Shown in pieces: positions 26,380-38,642 of a stretch of 64,000 nt of DNA. This DNA comes from Squalus acanthias (lineage: Eukaryota): the NCBI GenBank assembly GCA_030390025.1, contig CM059432.1, positions 29,948,001 to 30,012,000 on the forward strand, in the 5' to 3' direction. Within the stretch, counting starts at the first letter, position 1, and every line of letters begins with the position of its first letter. The position numbers and the translations under genes were made by a program. The notes under the pieces were generated by a model. It made no database searches. It was given only the letters and a program-made list of their open reading frames with translations, and was not told the DNA's origin.

Positions 26380-29321
26380 TATGGCAGGGGGCTAGAAACC
26401 CATGTAGTGAAATAGAGGAAAGTGAAAGGCAGACAGAAATAAATGGTAAAAAGGAGAGGAACAAAAAACAAAGGGCCAAACTAATTCATAAAAAATGTGA
26501 GCATAAAAAAAGCCTGAGGGTTTTATACCTTAATGCGAGAAGCATCAGGAACAAGGTAGATGAATTAGCTGTGGAAATAGAGGTTAATAATTATGATCTA
26601 ATTGGGATTACGGAAACATGGTTGCAGGGTGAGCAGGGCTGGGAGCTTAACATACAGGGGTATTCAGTATTTAGGAAGGATCGACAAAAAAGAAAGGGAG
26701 GAGGGGTAGCATTGCTGGTAAAAGAGGGGATAAATGCAATTGAAAGGAAGGATATTAACTCAGTTAATACAGAATCTATATGGGTGGAGCTAAGAAATAG
26801 CGAGGGGCGAAAAACATTAATAGGAGTGGTATATAGGCCTCCAAATAGTAAAATAGAGGTTGGGGAGGGCATCACGAGGGAAATTAGAGAAGCGTGCAAT
26901 AAGAGCACAGCTGTCATCATAGGTGACTTTAACTTACATATAGATTGGACTAGCCTAATCAGTAAAAATAATGAGGAGGAGGAATTCCTTGAGTGTTTAA
27001 GGGATGGTTATCTGGATCAATATGTCGAGGAACCAACTCGGGAACAGGCTATATTGGACTGGGTACTGTGCAATGAGAAGGGACTAATTAGTAATCTTGT
27101 TGTACGGGGACCCTTGGGTCAGAGCGATCATAACATGATCGATTTCTCACTCGAAATGGAGAGCGAAGAAATTGACTCAGAGACTCAGGTCCTGAATTTA
27201 AACAAGGGGAATTATGATGCCATTAGACGGGAACTGAGTAGGTCTGATTGGACAACGTTCCTGGGAGGACTGGAGGTAGATAAACAATGGCAAGCATTTA
27301 AAGATAGAATGACAAAATTGCAAAAATTGTTTATACCAATCTGGCATAAAAGGAAATCTAAAAAGGTGACTCAACCGTGGATAACAGGGGAAATTAGAGA
27401 CAGCATAAAATCCAAAGATAGGGCGTATAAAATAGCCAAAAAACGCGCCAGAGCGGAAGATTGGGAACAGTTTAAGATAGAGCAAAGGAGGGCAAAGGGC
27501 TTAATCAAGAAGGGCAAAATAGCTTACGAAAGCAAGCTGGCGGAAAATATAAAAACTAACTCCAAAAGCTTTTATAAGTATATCAAGAGGAAAAGACTGG
27601 TGAAAACCAAAGTTGGTCCATTGCAGTCAGATACGGGGGAATATATAATGGGAAATAAGGAAATGGCAGACCAACTAAATGCATACTTTGGGTCAGTCTT
27701 TACGAAGGAAGACACAAAAAACCTCCCTGGGATATCGGGAAAAATAGGGACATTGGCAAAGGAGGAACTGACGCAAATCAATATCTCTAAGGATATGGTG
27801 TTAAGGAAGCTAAAGGGATTGAAGGCGGACAAATCCCCAGGGCCTGATAACATGCATCCTAGGGTACTGAAGGAGGTGGCCCTAGAGATAGCGGATGCAC
27901 TAAGCATGATTTTTCAGAATTCATTAGACTCGGGAACAGTGCCCATGGATTGGAGGGTAGCTAACGTTACCCCACTATTCAAAAAGGGGGGTAGGGAAAA
28001 AGCAGGTAATTACAGACCTGTAAGCCTTACATCAGTTGTGGGCAAAATGCTGGAGTCCATCATTAAGGATGAAATAGCCGAGCACTTAGCAAATGGGGAC
28101 AGGATAGGACAGAGTCAACATGGATTTACAAAGGGTAAATCGTGCTTGACTAATCTATTGGAATTTTTTGAGGGAGTAACTGGTAAAATAGATGGGGGAG
28201 AGCCAGTAGATGTGGTGTACCTGGACTTCCAAAAGGCCTTCGATAAGGTCCCACATAAAAGATTAGCATGGAAAATTGAAGCTCATGGGATAAAGGGGAA
28301 AGTATTGACGTGGATAGAGAACTGGCTGTCAGATAGAAAACAGAGAGTTGGAATAAACGGCTCATTTTCTGAATGGCAGGCAGTAACAAGTGGGGTACCA
28401 CAGGGATCTGTCCTGGGTCCCCAGCTGTTCACAATTTATATTAATGACCTGGATCAGGGAGTCGAATGCAGCATTTCCAAATTTGCAGACGACACTAAAC
28501 TAGGAGGGGGGGTGGGCTCAGAGGAGGAGACCAGGAAGCTCCAGAGCGATTTGGACAGACTGGGTGATTGGGCGGATAAATGGCAGATGCACTATAATGT
28601 GGACAAGTGCGAAGTTATCCACCTTGGGTGCAGGAACGGGAGGGCAAATTATTATTTAAATGGCAATAAATTGGGAGAGGGGGAAGTACAGAGAGACCTG
28701 GGTGTTCTTGTACACCAGTCACTGAAGGCGAGCATGCAGGTGCAACAGGCGGTCAAGAAGGCAAACGGTATGCTGGCCTTCATAGCAAAAGGGTTGGAAT
28801 ACAGGAACAGGGATACCTTGCTGCAGCTGTACAGGGCACTGGTGAGACCACACCTCGAGTACTGTGTACAGTTTTGGTCGCCTCATCTGAGGAAAGATGT
28901 TCTTGCCATGGAGGGGGTGCAGCGGCGATTCACCAGGCTGATACCAGGAATGGCGGGATTGACCTATGAGGAGAGACTATGTAGTTTAGGGATGTACACA
29001 CTGGAGTTTAGAAGATTGAGAGGGGACCTCATAGAAGTGTATAAAATTCTGACAGGTCTAGACAGATTAGATGCAGAAGGAATGTTTCCCTTGGCGGGTG
29101 AGAACAGAACTAGAGGACATAATTTAAGGATAAGGGCTAAACCATTTAGGACAGAAATGAGGGGGAATTTCTTCACTCAGAGAGTGGTGAACCTGTGGAA
29201 CTCATTGCCACAGAGGGCAGTGTACGCCAGCTCATTAAATATATTTAAGAGGGAATTAGATATATTTCTACAGGCAAAAGGGGTTAAGGGTTACGGAGAG
29301 AAGGCGGGGACGGGATACTGA
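26355..29321 (+). CDS. CR1 ORF2p (APE endonuclease + reverse transcriptase); stop-to-stop extent, no AUG at the start
   Basis: Frame open from just after TAA at 26352-26354. APE motifs YLNARS, ITETW, VYRPP, GDFN, SDH; RT motifs [32 protein letters not shown]. Confidence 0.95.
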   Translation, partial: SSSGAFKLVWQGARNPCSEIEESERQTEINGKKERNKKQRAKLIHKKCEHKKSLRVLYLNARSIRNKVDELAVEIEVNNYDLIGITETWLQGEQGWELNIQGYSVFRKDRQKRKGGGVALLVKEGINAIERKDINSVNTESIWVELRNSEGRKTLIGVVYRPPNSKIEVGEGITREIREACNKSTAVIIGDFNLHIDWTSLISKNNEEEEFLECLRDGYLDQYVEEPTREQAILDWVLCNEKGLISNLVVRGPLGQSDHNMIDFSLEMESEEIDSETQVLNLNKGNYDAIRRELSRSDWTTFLGGLEVDKQWQAFKDRMTKLQKLFIPIWHKRKSKKVTQPWITGEIRDSIKSKDRAYKIAKKRARAEDWEQFKIEQRRAKGLIKKGKIAYESKLAENIKTNSKSFYKYIKRKRLVKTKVGPLQSDTGEYIMGNKEMADQLNAYFGSVFTKEDTKNLPGISGKIGTLAKEELTQINISKDMVLRKLKGLKADKSPGPDNMHPRVLKEVALEIADALSMIFQNSLDSGTVPMDWRVANVTPLFKKGGREKAGNYRPVSLTSVVGKMLESIIKDEIAEHLANGDRIGQSQHGFTKGKSCLTNLLEFFEGVTGKIDGGEPVDVVYLDFQKAFDKVPHKRLAWKIEAHGIKGKVLTWIENWLSDRKQRVGINGSFSEWQAVTSGVPQGSVLGPQLFTIYINDLDQGVECSISKFADDTKLGGGVGSEEETRKLQSDLDRLGDWADKWQMHYNVDKCEVIHLGCRNGRANYYLNGNKLGEGEVQRDLGVLVHQSLKASMQVQQAVKKANGMLAFIAKGLEYRNRDTLLQLYRALVRPHLEYCVQFWSPHLRKDVLAMEGVQRRFTRLIPGMAGLTYEERLCSLGMYTLEFRRLRGDLIEVYKILTGLDRLDAEGMFPLAGENRTRGHNLRIRAKPFRTEMRGNFFTQRVVNLWNSLPQRAVYASSLNIFKRELDIFLQAKGVKGYGEKAGTGY

Positions 29322-29459
29322 ATTGAAGGATCAGCCATGATCTCATTAAATGGCGGAGCAGGCTCGAAGGGCCGGATGGCCTACTCCTGCTCCTATCTTC
29401 TATGTATCTATGTATCTATGATCAATATTCAGTAACTCTTGATGGACCATATCTGTAAT

Positions 29460-29705
29460 TGTGTGAGAGAAGGAATGAGTGGGAGAGCAAGTGTGTGAGA
29501 AAGTGGGAGTGAGACACTATGTGAGCGAGAGAGAGAGAGAGAGAGAATGGGAATGAGAGAGCAAGCGTAAGTGTGAGAAAATGTGAGAGTGCGAGATTAA
29601 TGCGATAGGGAATGCGAGAGAACATGTATGAGAGAAAAAATGCATGAGAGTACATTCGAGAGAATGTGAGAGAAAGGTTTTGTATGTGTAAGAGAAAGAA
29701 AATAT
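29460..29705. repeat. Degenerate (GA)/(GTGA)-rich low-complexity tract
   Basis: gagagagagagagagagaa and tgtgaga units. Confidence 0.75.
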
Positions 29706-29721
29706 GAATGACTGTGCTCAC

Positions 29722-32700
29722 ACATAGAATGGTTACAGCAGGGAAGGCCATTCGGCCCATCGAGCCCGTGCCGGCTCTCTGCAAGAGCACTTCAGTTAGT
29801 CCCACTCCCCCGCCCTGCAAATTTTTTTCCTTCAGGTACTTATCCAATTCCCTTTTGAAAGCCGTGATTTGAGTCTGCCTCCACCACCCTTTCAGGCATT
29901 GCATTCCAGATCCTAACCACTCGCTCAGTAAAAATGTTTTTTCTCATATTGCCTTTTGTTCTTCTGCCAATCACCTTAAGTCTGTGTCCCCCTGGTTCTC
30001 GACCCTTCTGCCAATGGGAACAGTTTCTCTCTATCTACTCTGTCCAGACCCCTCATGATTTTGAACACTTCTATCAAATCTCCTCTCAATCTTCTCTGCT
30101 CTAAGGAGAACAACCCCAGCTTCTCCAGTCTATCCACGTAACTGAAGTTCCTCATCCCTGGAATCATTCTCGTAAATCTTTTCTGCACCCTCTCTAAGGC
30201 CTTCACATCCTTCCTAAAGTGTGGTGCCCAGAATTGGACACAATACTCCAGTTGAGGCCGAACCAGCGTTTTATACAGGTTCATCATAATTTCCACGCTT
30301 TTGTACTCTACATCTCTATTCATGAAGCCCAGGATCCCGTAAGCTTTTTTAACTGCTTTCTCAACCAGCCCTGCCACCTTCAACGATTTGAGCACATATA
30401 CCCCCAGGTCTCTCCGTTCGTGCACCCACTTTAGGATTGTACCCTTTAGTTTATATTTCCTCTCTTCATTCTTTCTACCAAAATGTATCATTTTGCACTT
30501 TCCTGCGTTAAATTTCATCTGCCATGTGTCCACCCATTCCACCAGCCTATGTCCTCTTGGAGTCTATCAACTATCCTCCTCACTGTTCACTATACTTCCA
30601 AGTTTTGTGTCATCTGCAAATTTTGAAATTGTGCCCTGTACACCCACATCCAAGTCATTAATATACATCAAGAAAAGCAGTGATCCTAGAACCGACCCCG
30701 GGGAACACCACTGTATACCTTCCTCCAGTCCAAAAAACAACCGTTCACCACTACTCTGTTTCCTGCCACTTAGCCAATTTCGTATCCATGCTGCCACTGT
30801 CCCTTTTATGGGCTTCAACTTTGCAGGCAAGCCTATTATGTGGCACTTTGTCGAACGCCTTTTGGAAATCCACGTACACCATGTCAACCGCATTGCCCGC
30901 ATCAACCCTCTCTGTTACCTCATCAAACAACTCGATCAAGTTGGTTTAACAATTCTTTAATTAATCCACACTTGTCCAAATGACTGTTAATTTTGTCCTG
31001 GATTATGGTTTCTAAAAGCTTCCCCACTACCGAGGTTAAACTGACTGGCCTGTAGTTGCTGGGTTTATCTTTACACCCTTTTTTGAACAAGTGTGTAACA
31101 TTTGCAATTCTCCAGTCCTCTAGCACCATTCCCGTTTCTAAGGAGGATTGGAAGATTATGGCCAGTACCTCCACGATTTCTTCCTTCACTTCTCTCAGCG
31201 TCCTAGGATGCATCCCATCTGGTCCTGGTGACTTATCTACTTTAAGTACAGCCAGCCTTTCTAGTACCTCCTCTTTATCAATTTTTATCTCATCCAGTAT
31301 CTCCTCTACCTCCCCCTTCACTATGTCTATGGCAGCATCTTCTTCCTTGGTGAAGACAGATGCAAAGTACTCATTTAGCACCTCAGCCATACCCTCTGCC
31401 TCCATGCATAGGTCTTCTTTTTGGTCCCTAATCGGCCCCACCCCTTCTCTTACTACGCATTTGCTATTTATATGCCTATAGAAGACTTTTGGATTACCTT
31501 TTATGTCAGCTGCCATTCTAATCTCATACCCTCTCTTTGCCCCTCTTATTTTCTTTTTCACTTCTCCTCTGAACTTTCGATATTTAGCCTGATTCTCAGA
31601 TGTATCCTCGACCGGACATCTCTCATACGCGCTCTTTTTCTGCTTCATCTTACTCTCTATCTCTTTCATCATCCAGGGAGCTCTGACTTTAGTTGCCCTA
31701 CCTTTCCCCCTAGTGGGAATGTACTTTGACTGTACCCGAACTATTTCCTCTTTAAAGGCAGCTTATTGTTCCATTACTGTTTTGCTTGCCAATCTTTGAT
31801 TACAATTTACCCAGGCCAGATCTGTTCTCATCCCACTGAAATTTGCCTTCCTCCAATTAAGTATTTTTTACTTTAGATTGCTCCCAGTCCTTTTCCATAG
31901 CTAATCTAAACCTTATGATACTATGATCACTGTTCCCTAAATGTTCACCTCCTGACACTTGCTCCACTTGACCGACCTCATTCCCCATAACCAGATCCAG
32001 CAATGCCTCCTTCCTCGTTGGGCCGGAAACATACTGATTAAGAAAGTTCTCCTGAACACACTTCAGAAATTCTTCCCCCCTCTCTGCCCTTAACACCATT
32101 ACTATCCCAGTCTATATTAAGATAGTTGAAGTCCTCTCTATAGTTCTTGCATCCCTCTGTAATTTCTCTGCAAATTTGCTCCTCCATATTTTTCCCACTA
32201 GTTGGTGGCCTATAGAATCACCTAGTACTGTAATGGCACCTCTATTATTTCTTAACTCTAGCCATATAGATTCTGTCCTTGACCCCTTCAGGACATCCTC
32301 TCTCTCCAGCACGGTAACATTCTCCTTAACCAATACTGCCACACCACCTCCTATCTTTCCAGAACACCTTATATCCAGGAATATTTAATACCCCATCCTG
32401 CCCTTTTTTGAGCCAGGTCTCAGCTATTGCCACATCATCATATTCTCATGTGGCTATTTGCACCTGCAGCTCACCCACCTTGTTTACTATGCTTCGTGCG
32501 TTCACGTACATACTCTGTAAACCTATCTTAGACCATCCTGTGTTCTCTCTTAGTCTGACCCCACCTAATACCATACTATTTCTTACTTTAGTGTTATCCG
32601 TCCCTCCCAATCCTTTGTTTCTCATTTCTAATGCTACATCCTGGTGCCCATCTTCCTGCCAACTTAGTTTAAACCCTCTCCAACAGCACTATCAAACCTC

Positions 32701-33048
32701 CCCGCGAGGATACTGGTACCAGCTCTGTTGAGGTGCAACCCATCCGACCTGTACAGTTCCACCTCCACCAGAACTGGCCCCAATTGCCCAGGAATCTAAA
32801 GCCCTCCCTCCTGCACCATCTCTCCAGCCACGCATTCATCTGCTCAATCCTCCTATTTCTATACTCACTCGCATGTGGCACCGGGAGTAATCCAGAGATT
32901 ACTGCCTTAGAAGTCCTGCTTTTTAATCTCTTTCCTAGTTCCCTAAAATCTGCCTGGGGGACCTCATCCCTCTTTCTACCTGTCGTTGGTACCAATATGG
33001 ACCACGACCTCTGGCTGTTCACCCTCCCCCCTCAGAATGTTCTGCAAA
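29722..33048 (-). mobile_element. Long disrupted CR1 copy (ORF1 esterase C-terminus through 3'UTR)
   Basis: ORF1 ISGLLPVP at 32669-33022; APE and RT fragments. Confidence 0.92.
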
Positions 33049-33756
33049 CTTGAGAGAGAGCACTGGTTGACATTAGAATAAGGCTCAGCTGTGATCGTTC
33101 CACATGATAGCAGGAGTCAGCACCTCCAAGAAAGAAGGGAACATTGGAGAGGGGGGTAAACACAAACATACACAAACACTGATTTAGGAGTGTTTCTGAG
33201 CAGAGCAGCATTTGATGATACGGAAAATGTTGATTAAAAAGCTTCACTCACAGTTTACAATGTAACCTGTATTGTTTGATATACTGCTGTCATATAAAAT
33301 GTTTTCTATCTATTACACTACACATGGAAGTGGAATAAAACCTTATGAAATATTTTTACTTCATTCAATTCTTTTGACATCATAAACACCGCAGGGAGGA
33401 CAGCTATTACTGAATCTGATCTATCTGATGCTGACATAGCCCAAGGGAGCCGTTCCTTGATGCATTCCCAAAAAAGATCATATTTACCTGCCATGAAACT
33501 TGACCTGGACAAATCGAAAAGTAAAGTTGCTTCCAGTATCAGTAAGTTTATTATCCGAGTGCTGGATTACTCTGGGATTCAAGCTGATTAAGAAACCATT
33601 ACTTTCCTCCCCTTTGACAATTTTCTCTCCTCCCTTCCAGAAGATGCTGACTCGTATTTGCTACAGTGCCACGGGCATTGGCTGCCCTCATGTACCTTGC
33701 TCCAGTGGTCATTCTTCACGTATGATCTGTGCAGCGAATGTTAGAATCATAGAACA

Positions 33757-34372
33757 ATAAAGCCCATGGGATCCAAAGGAAAGTGACAAGTTGGAGCCAA
33801 AATTGGCTCAATGGCAGGAAGCAAAGGGTAATGGTCGACGGGTGATTTTGTGACTGGAAAGCCGTTTCCAGTGGGGTTCTGCAGGGCTCAGTATTAGGGC
33901 CCTTGCTTTTTGTGGTATACATCAATGATTTAGACTTCAATGTAGGAGGCATGATTAAGAAGTTTGCAGATGATACAAAAATTGGCTGTGCGGTTGATAG
34001 TGAGGAAGAAAGCTGTAGAGTGCAGGAAGATATCAATGGACTGGTCAGGTGGGCAGAAAAGTGGCAAATGGTATTCAATCTGGAGAAGTGTGAGGTAATC
34101 TATTTGGGGAGGGCTAACAAAGCAAGGGAGTACACAATAAATGGTAGGATACTGAGAAGTGTAGAGGAACTCACTGCCTGAAAGGGTAGTAGAGGCAGAA
34201 ACCCTCATCACATTTAAAAAGTACTTGGATATGCACTTGAAGTGCCATTAGCTACAAGGCTACGGACCAAGAGCTGGAAAGTGGGATGAGGCTGGATAGC
34301 TCTTTTTCGGCCGGCACAGACACGATGGGCCGAATGGCCTCCTTCTGTGCCGTCAATTTCTATGATTCTATG
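33757..34372 (+). mobile_element. CR1 fragment with internal deletion
   Basis: YINDLD...FADD; tail ttctatgattctatg. Confidence 0.85.
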
Positions 34373-35388
34373 AAAGCACAGAGGAGGACAATCTGCCCAT
34401 CATGCCTGTGCCAGGTATTTGAGCTATCCAATTAGTCCCACTTCCTGGCTCTGTCCTCCTGTAAATTTTTCCCCTTCAAGTATTTATTCAATTCCCTTTT
34501 GAAAGTTACTATTGAATCTGCTTTCACCACCCTTCCAGGCAGTGCGTTCCAGATCACAATAACTCACTGCGTAAAAAAAAAAATCCTCATGTCGCCTCTG
34601 GTTCTTTAGCCAATCACCTTAAATCTGTGTTCTCTGGTTACCAATCCTTCTGCTACGGGAAACAGTTTCTCCTTATTTACTCTATCAAAACCGTTTATGT
34701 TTTGAACACCTCTATCAAATCTCCTCTTAAGCATCTTCTCCACATAACTGAAGTCCCTCATCCCTGGTACCATTCTAGTAAATCTCTTCTGCACCCTCTC
34801 TAAGGTCTTGACATCCTTCCTAAAGTGTGATGCCCAGAATTAAACACAATACTCCAGCTGGGGCCGAACCAGTGTTTTGTAAAGGTTTAGCAGAACTTCC
34901 ATATGCTTCTTAATAAAGCCTTTATGCTTTTTTTAATGGTCTTCCCATCATCAAAGATTTGTGTACATATACTCCCTGGTCTCTCTGTTCCTGCACCCCC
35001 TTTAAAATTGTACCATTAAGTTTATATTGCTGCTTCTCATTCCATCAAAATGCACTTGTGTGTGTTAAATTTCATCTGCCATGTGTCTGCCCATTTCTCC
35101 AGTCTGTCCATGTCCTCCTGAAGTCTGTTACTATCCTCCTCATTGTTTACTACATTTCCAAGTTTTGTGTCATCTGCAAACTTTAAAATGATGCCGTATA
35201 CCGAAGTCTAGGTCATTAACATATATCAAAAAGAGCAGTGCTCCTAATACCGACTTCTGGAGAACACCACTGTATACTTCCTTCAGGTTTGAAAACAACT
35301 GTTCATCACTACTCTCTGCTTCCTGTTCCTTAGTGAATTTCATATCCACACTTCCACTGTCCCTTTAATCCCAAGGGCTGTTGGCAAG
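34373..35388 (-). mobile_element. Older CR1 fragment
   Basis: QKRFTRMVPG; collinear with 29722-30840. Confidence 0.8.
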
Positions 35389-35743
35389 TTAATATTCACA
35401 CGGATTGGGGGAGGGACATCACAGGCAGATTTGACCCTGTTCTCACCCATTGTCCACATTCCAGTAAGAATCACTGTGTAATGATCAGGAGGGGAAGCCC
35501 TGGCTGATTTTCTCCCTCCCTAGTTTAAGGATGCCGACGTCGATTGTAGCCAATGCTTACGACTGCCCCAGGGAAGATTAGCTAATTTAGCACAGACTAG
35601 GTTATTCTGGTGTGAACGGCTCAGTTCTAAAGTACACTTACCAACTGAACCATCGATGCAGCAGCAAGAAACCAGTCTCAATGAAAGTGACAACCCTTCA
35701 AGATTTTTTTCTTTTTACGCTATGATAAATATAAAACCCCTAC

Positions 35744-35813
35744 CTTATCTTTTGAAACTTTGTGCGAAAAAGGACATGTACCATCGGTTTTTTTGCACGT
35801 TCCACGTAGGAAT
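35744..35813 (-). CDS. ZC3H3: ZC3H3 exon, CCCH finger 2 (RFLRGTCKKTDGTCPFSHKVSKDK)
   Basis: Not in the ORF track in this frame; translated by hand. ttggcag|A acceptor, GATAAG|gtaggg donor. 70 bp, phase 2 to phase 0. Confidence 0.96.
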
Positions 35814-36331
35814 CTGCCAAAACAAAAGTGGAAATTAAAAACTGCCATGGGGCCCTGCAGCTTTCTATAGTCCTGAAGTGACTGTTTGCGACTGTTCCAT
35901 AGGAGTGCCGTTTTGACTGCACAGTAGTCACTTTACATAATGAGTATACACCACTAAAACAAAGAGAAATGAAACCAGTTGGCTGGTATAACTACGGGGG
36001 AAATGGAAGGTTTTTAGTACTGAGGTCTCCTATTGCAATGTCAGACACTTGATATATATGAACATGCAACACTGTTCCCAAATTAGGTTTGGCATGGGCA
36101 GAGTGCCATCCAGAACTCCCTCTGCATCATTCTGACATCAGATATGAACGTAGTTCTGCAAAAGAATGGGTTTCCACTTTGCACTCTCTCTGTTTGCGCT
36201 GCCCATCTCCATCTGTAAATGCCCAAGTTACTGTAATTTTTTTTTGAATTTTAAGGCATCTCATTTTGATGAGCATAATAAAAATTCACCCAACAAATAG
36301 TTAATAATCAAATTCACTGGTATAGACGCAC

Positions 36332-36490
36332 CTTGTACAGACTGCTACTTTTTCAGGGTCGTGTATGTAGGGACAACTGTCCCCTCGATTGCACTTTCCG
36401 AACCTGTTGTAGTACATGCAGTATTCCTTCTTCTTGGATTTCTTCTGCTTGGCCAGTCTGATTATAGCCAGGCTGCGCTGCACAGCACGG
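36332..36490 (-). CDS. ZC3H3: ZC3H3 exon, CCCH finger 1 (RAVQRSLAIIR...EYCMYYNRFGKCNRGDSCPYIHDPEKVAVCT)
   Basis: Close match to the ZC3H3 first CCCH finger. cccacag|C acceptor, ACAAG|gtgcgt donor. 159 bp, phase 2 at both ends. Confidence 0.97.
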
Positions 36491-37489
36491 CTGTGGGCAC
36501 ACAATATTTGGTTAGTTATAGGAAACTAGAGCCTAATCTTTCTATGTTAAGCCTTCTGAAATAAATGGATAACATCAATAGTAAAATCTAACTGAGGGCT
36601 ACAGTTAGGTCCCATATGCAGCACAGTGAAGAAAATGAAGAGGGACTTGAGGCATTAGTAAATCCTCTCATGACAAGCTCGTCATCTTGGGTGCACTGGC
36701 ATCACATGAGGGGCGGGGGGAGGGGAAGGAAGAAGAAAACAAAATCACATCAAACTGAAAGCAGACAGTTGTACACAGTGAGTGAGCACAACCCAGGATT
36801 ACTCTGGCTCTTCTAAAGGTGGTTGGCTTAGGCCTGGGAGAAGGCTGTTTGCCTGGATTCATGACTGGGGAAACAATGCACGAGGGCCTAAGAAGCTTGT
36901 GAGTAGGAAACATCTTTAATGACCTTAAAGCCACAAGAAACATCCCAAAGGTATGGTTGACCCTATAATCCCCACAAACACAAACTATGACCATTATTTC
37001 TGAATTTTTAAAAAGGTTCCTTGACCCACTGGTTAAACAAACTGAAGTCAACAGTCAAAATCCTCCACAACGGTAGCTATTATTCTGTTATAACTTGTAC
37101 TGTTTTTTAAAATTGTTTTTTGGGGGTAGGGAGAGAACATGAATGGAGTTCTTAATTATGGGGCTAGAACTGGGTCAGCCTGTACCTGGTTGGATAGTCA
37201 GTCTGCTCCTAGGCTTCTGCCAAGACCTATTGCTCTTGTAGGAAGTGCCTGGTCTCCAGATGACACCTCCTCCACAGCAGCATGGCCTAACTGTTAACTC
37301 ACTTGCCATGGTGAGAACTAAACCTGCATCCCAGCATTCCATGGCTCAGGTCTCTGGGATCCAGCACACCATCTGTAAGTGCAGACTTTACTAAAACAAT
37401 GCCAGGTGTCATGAATCCTGAACCGATATACTTGGCTTGCAAAACTTGACCCGTTGCTTTTCTAAAAGCCAATAGACAGGTACAAAAAA

Positions 37490-38108
37490 GCAATCAAAAA
37501 GGCTAATGGAATGTTGCCCTTTATCTCAAGGGGACTGGAATACAAAGGGGAGGAAGTTATCCTTTGGTCTGACCCTATATAGAATACTGCGTTCAATTCT
37601 GGGAACTGCACCTCAGGAAGGATATATTGACCTTCGAGAGGGCAGATTTACTAGAATGATACTGGAGCTAATAGGATTAAATTATGAGGACAGGTTGCAT
37701 AAACGTGGCTTGTATTCCCTTGAGTTTAGATGGTTAGAGGGTGATCCAATTGAGGTGTTAAAAATGATAAACAGATTCAATAGGGTAATGATCTATTTCC
37801 TCTGGTGATGTAATCCAGAACAAGATGGCATAATCTTAAAATTAGAGCCAGGACATTCAGGAATGAAATCAGAAAGCACATCTTCACACAAAGGGTAGGA
37901 GGAATCTGGAACTCTCTCCCCCCCAAATGGCTGTGGATGCTGGGTCTATTGAAACTTTCAAGACTGAGATCGATAGATTTCTGTTAGGTAAGGGTATCAA
38001 AGGATATAGAGCAAAGGCAGGTAAATGGGGTTGAGGTATAGATCAGCCATGATCTAATTGGATGGTGGACTGGGCTCAAGGGACTGAATGGCCTACTCCG
38101 GTTCTTAT
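37490..38108 (+). mobile_element. CR1 3' fragment
   Basis: RFTRMI...GLYSLEFR peptide and 3'UTR. Confidence 0.8.
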
Positions 38109-38335
38109 CTTCCAACGTTCCAAAAATAATGGGAAAAAATACTTCGGCTGCATTAAAATCAAAACTTCCACAGAAACCCATATCCAAAGTTCACCATCAT
38201 GGAATCTTGTGGGTATAAAGTGGCTTCTGTCGGCACCTCTTACAAAATCTGGGTTGTAAGTCACACCTGCACGCAGGTTTGTCATAGCATCTGAAGCTGT
38301 GATGTAAGAAGCTATGCCTACAAGGCCAGTCTCAC

Positions 38336-38455
38336 TTGTGTGAAGATGTGCTTTCTGATTTCATTCCTGAATGTCCTGGCTCTAATTTTAAGATTATGCC
38401 ATCTTGTTCTGGATTACATCACCAGAGGAAATAGATCATTACCCTATTGAATCTG
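38336..38455 (-). repeat. Perfect 120-bp inverted duplicate of 37772-37891
   Basis: Base-by-base reverse-complement identity, checked by eye. Confidence 0.92.
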
Positions 38456-38642
38456 CCTTCCGTGCTAGTGTGACTGAGGCACAGTGGATTAATGTACAAT
38501 TTACACTGACAGTACACATCTAGAGCAAAAGTCAACCTCCAAACAGTGCATTTTAGATTAACCCCTATGTCATGCAAATCTGGAAAATAAAATAAGACCA
38601 TCCTGTTATAAACCAGAACAATGAGGAGATGCATTAACTGAC

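Larger units (their letters stand above)
25150..29420 (+). mobile_element. Apparently full-length, intact CR1-clade LINE
   Basis: 5'UTR, uninterrupted ORF1 and ORF2, short 3'UTR, and terminal octamer repeat ttctatgtatctatgtatctatg. 5' boundary approximate; no TSD seen. Confidence 0.93.

Noticed and set aside
26571..26573. GTG start assigned to CR1 ORF2 by the ORF track
   Set aside because: It lies downstream of the essential APE motif YLNARS; the frame is open from 26355.
25425..29176. Antisense ORFs over the CR1 (and similar ones over Penelope)
   Set aside because: Shadow ORFs of the coding strand with no motifs of their own.
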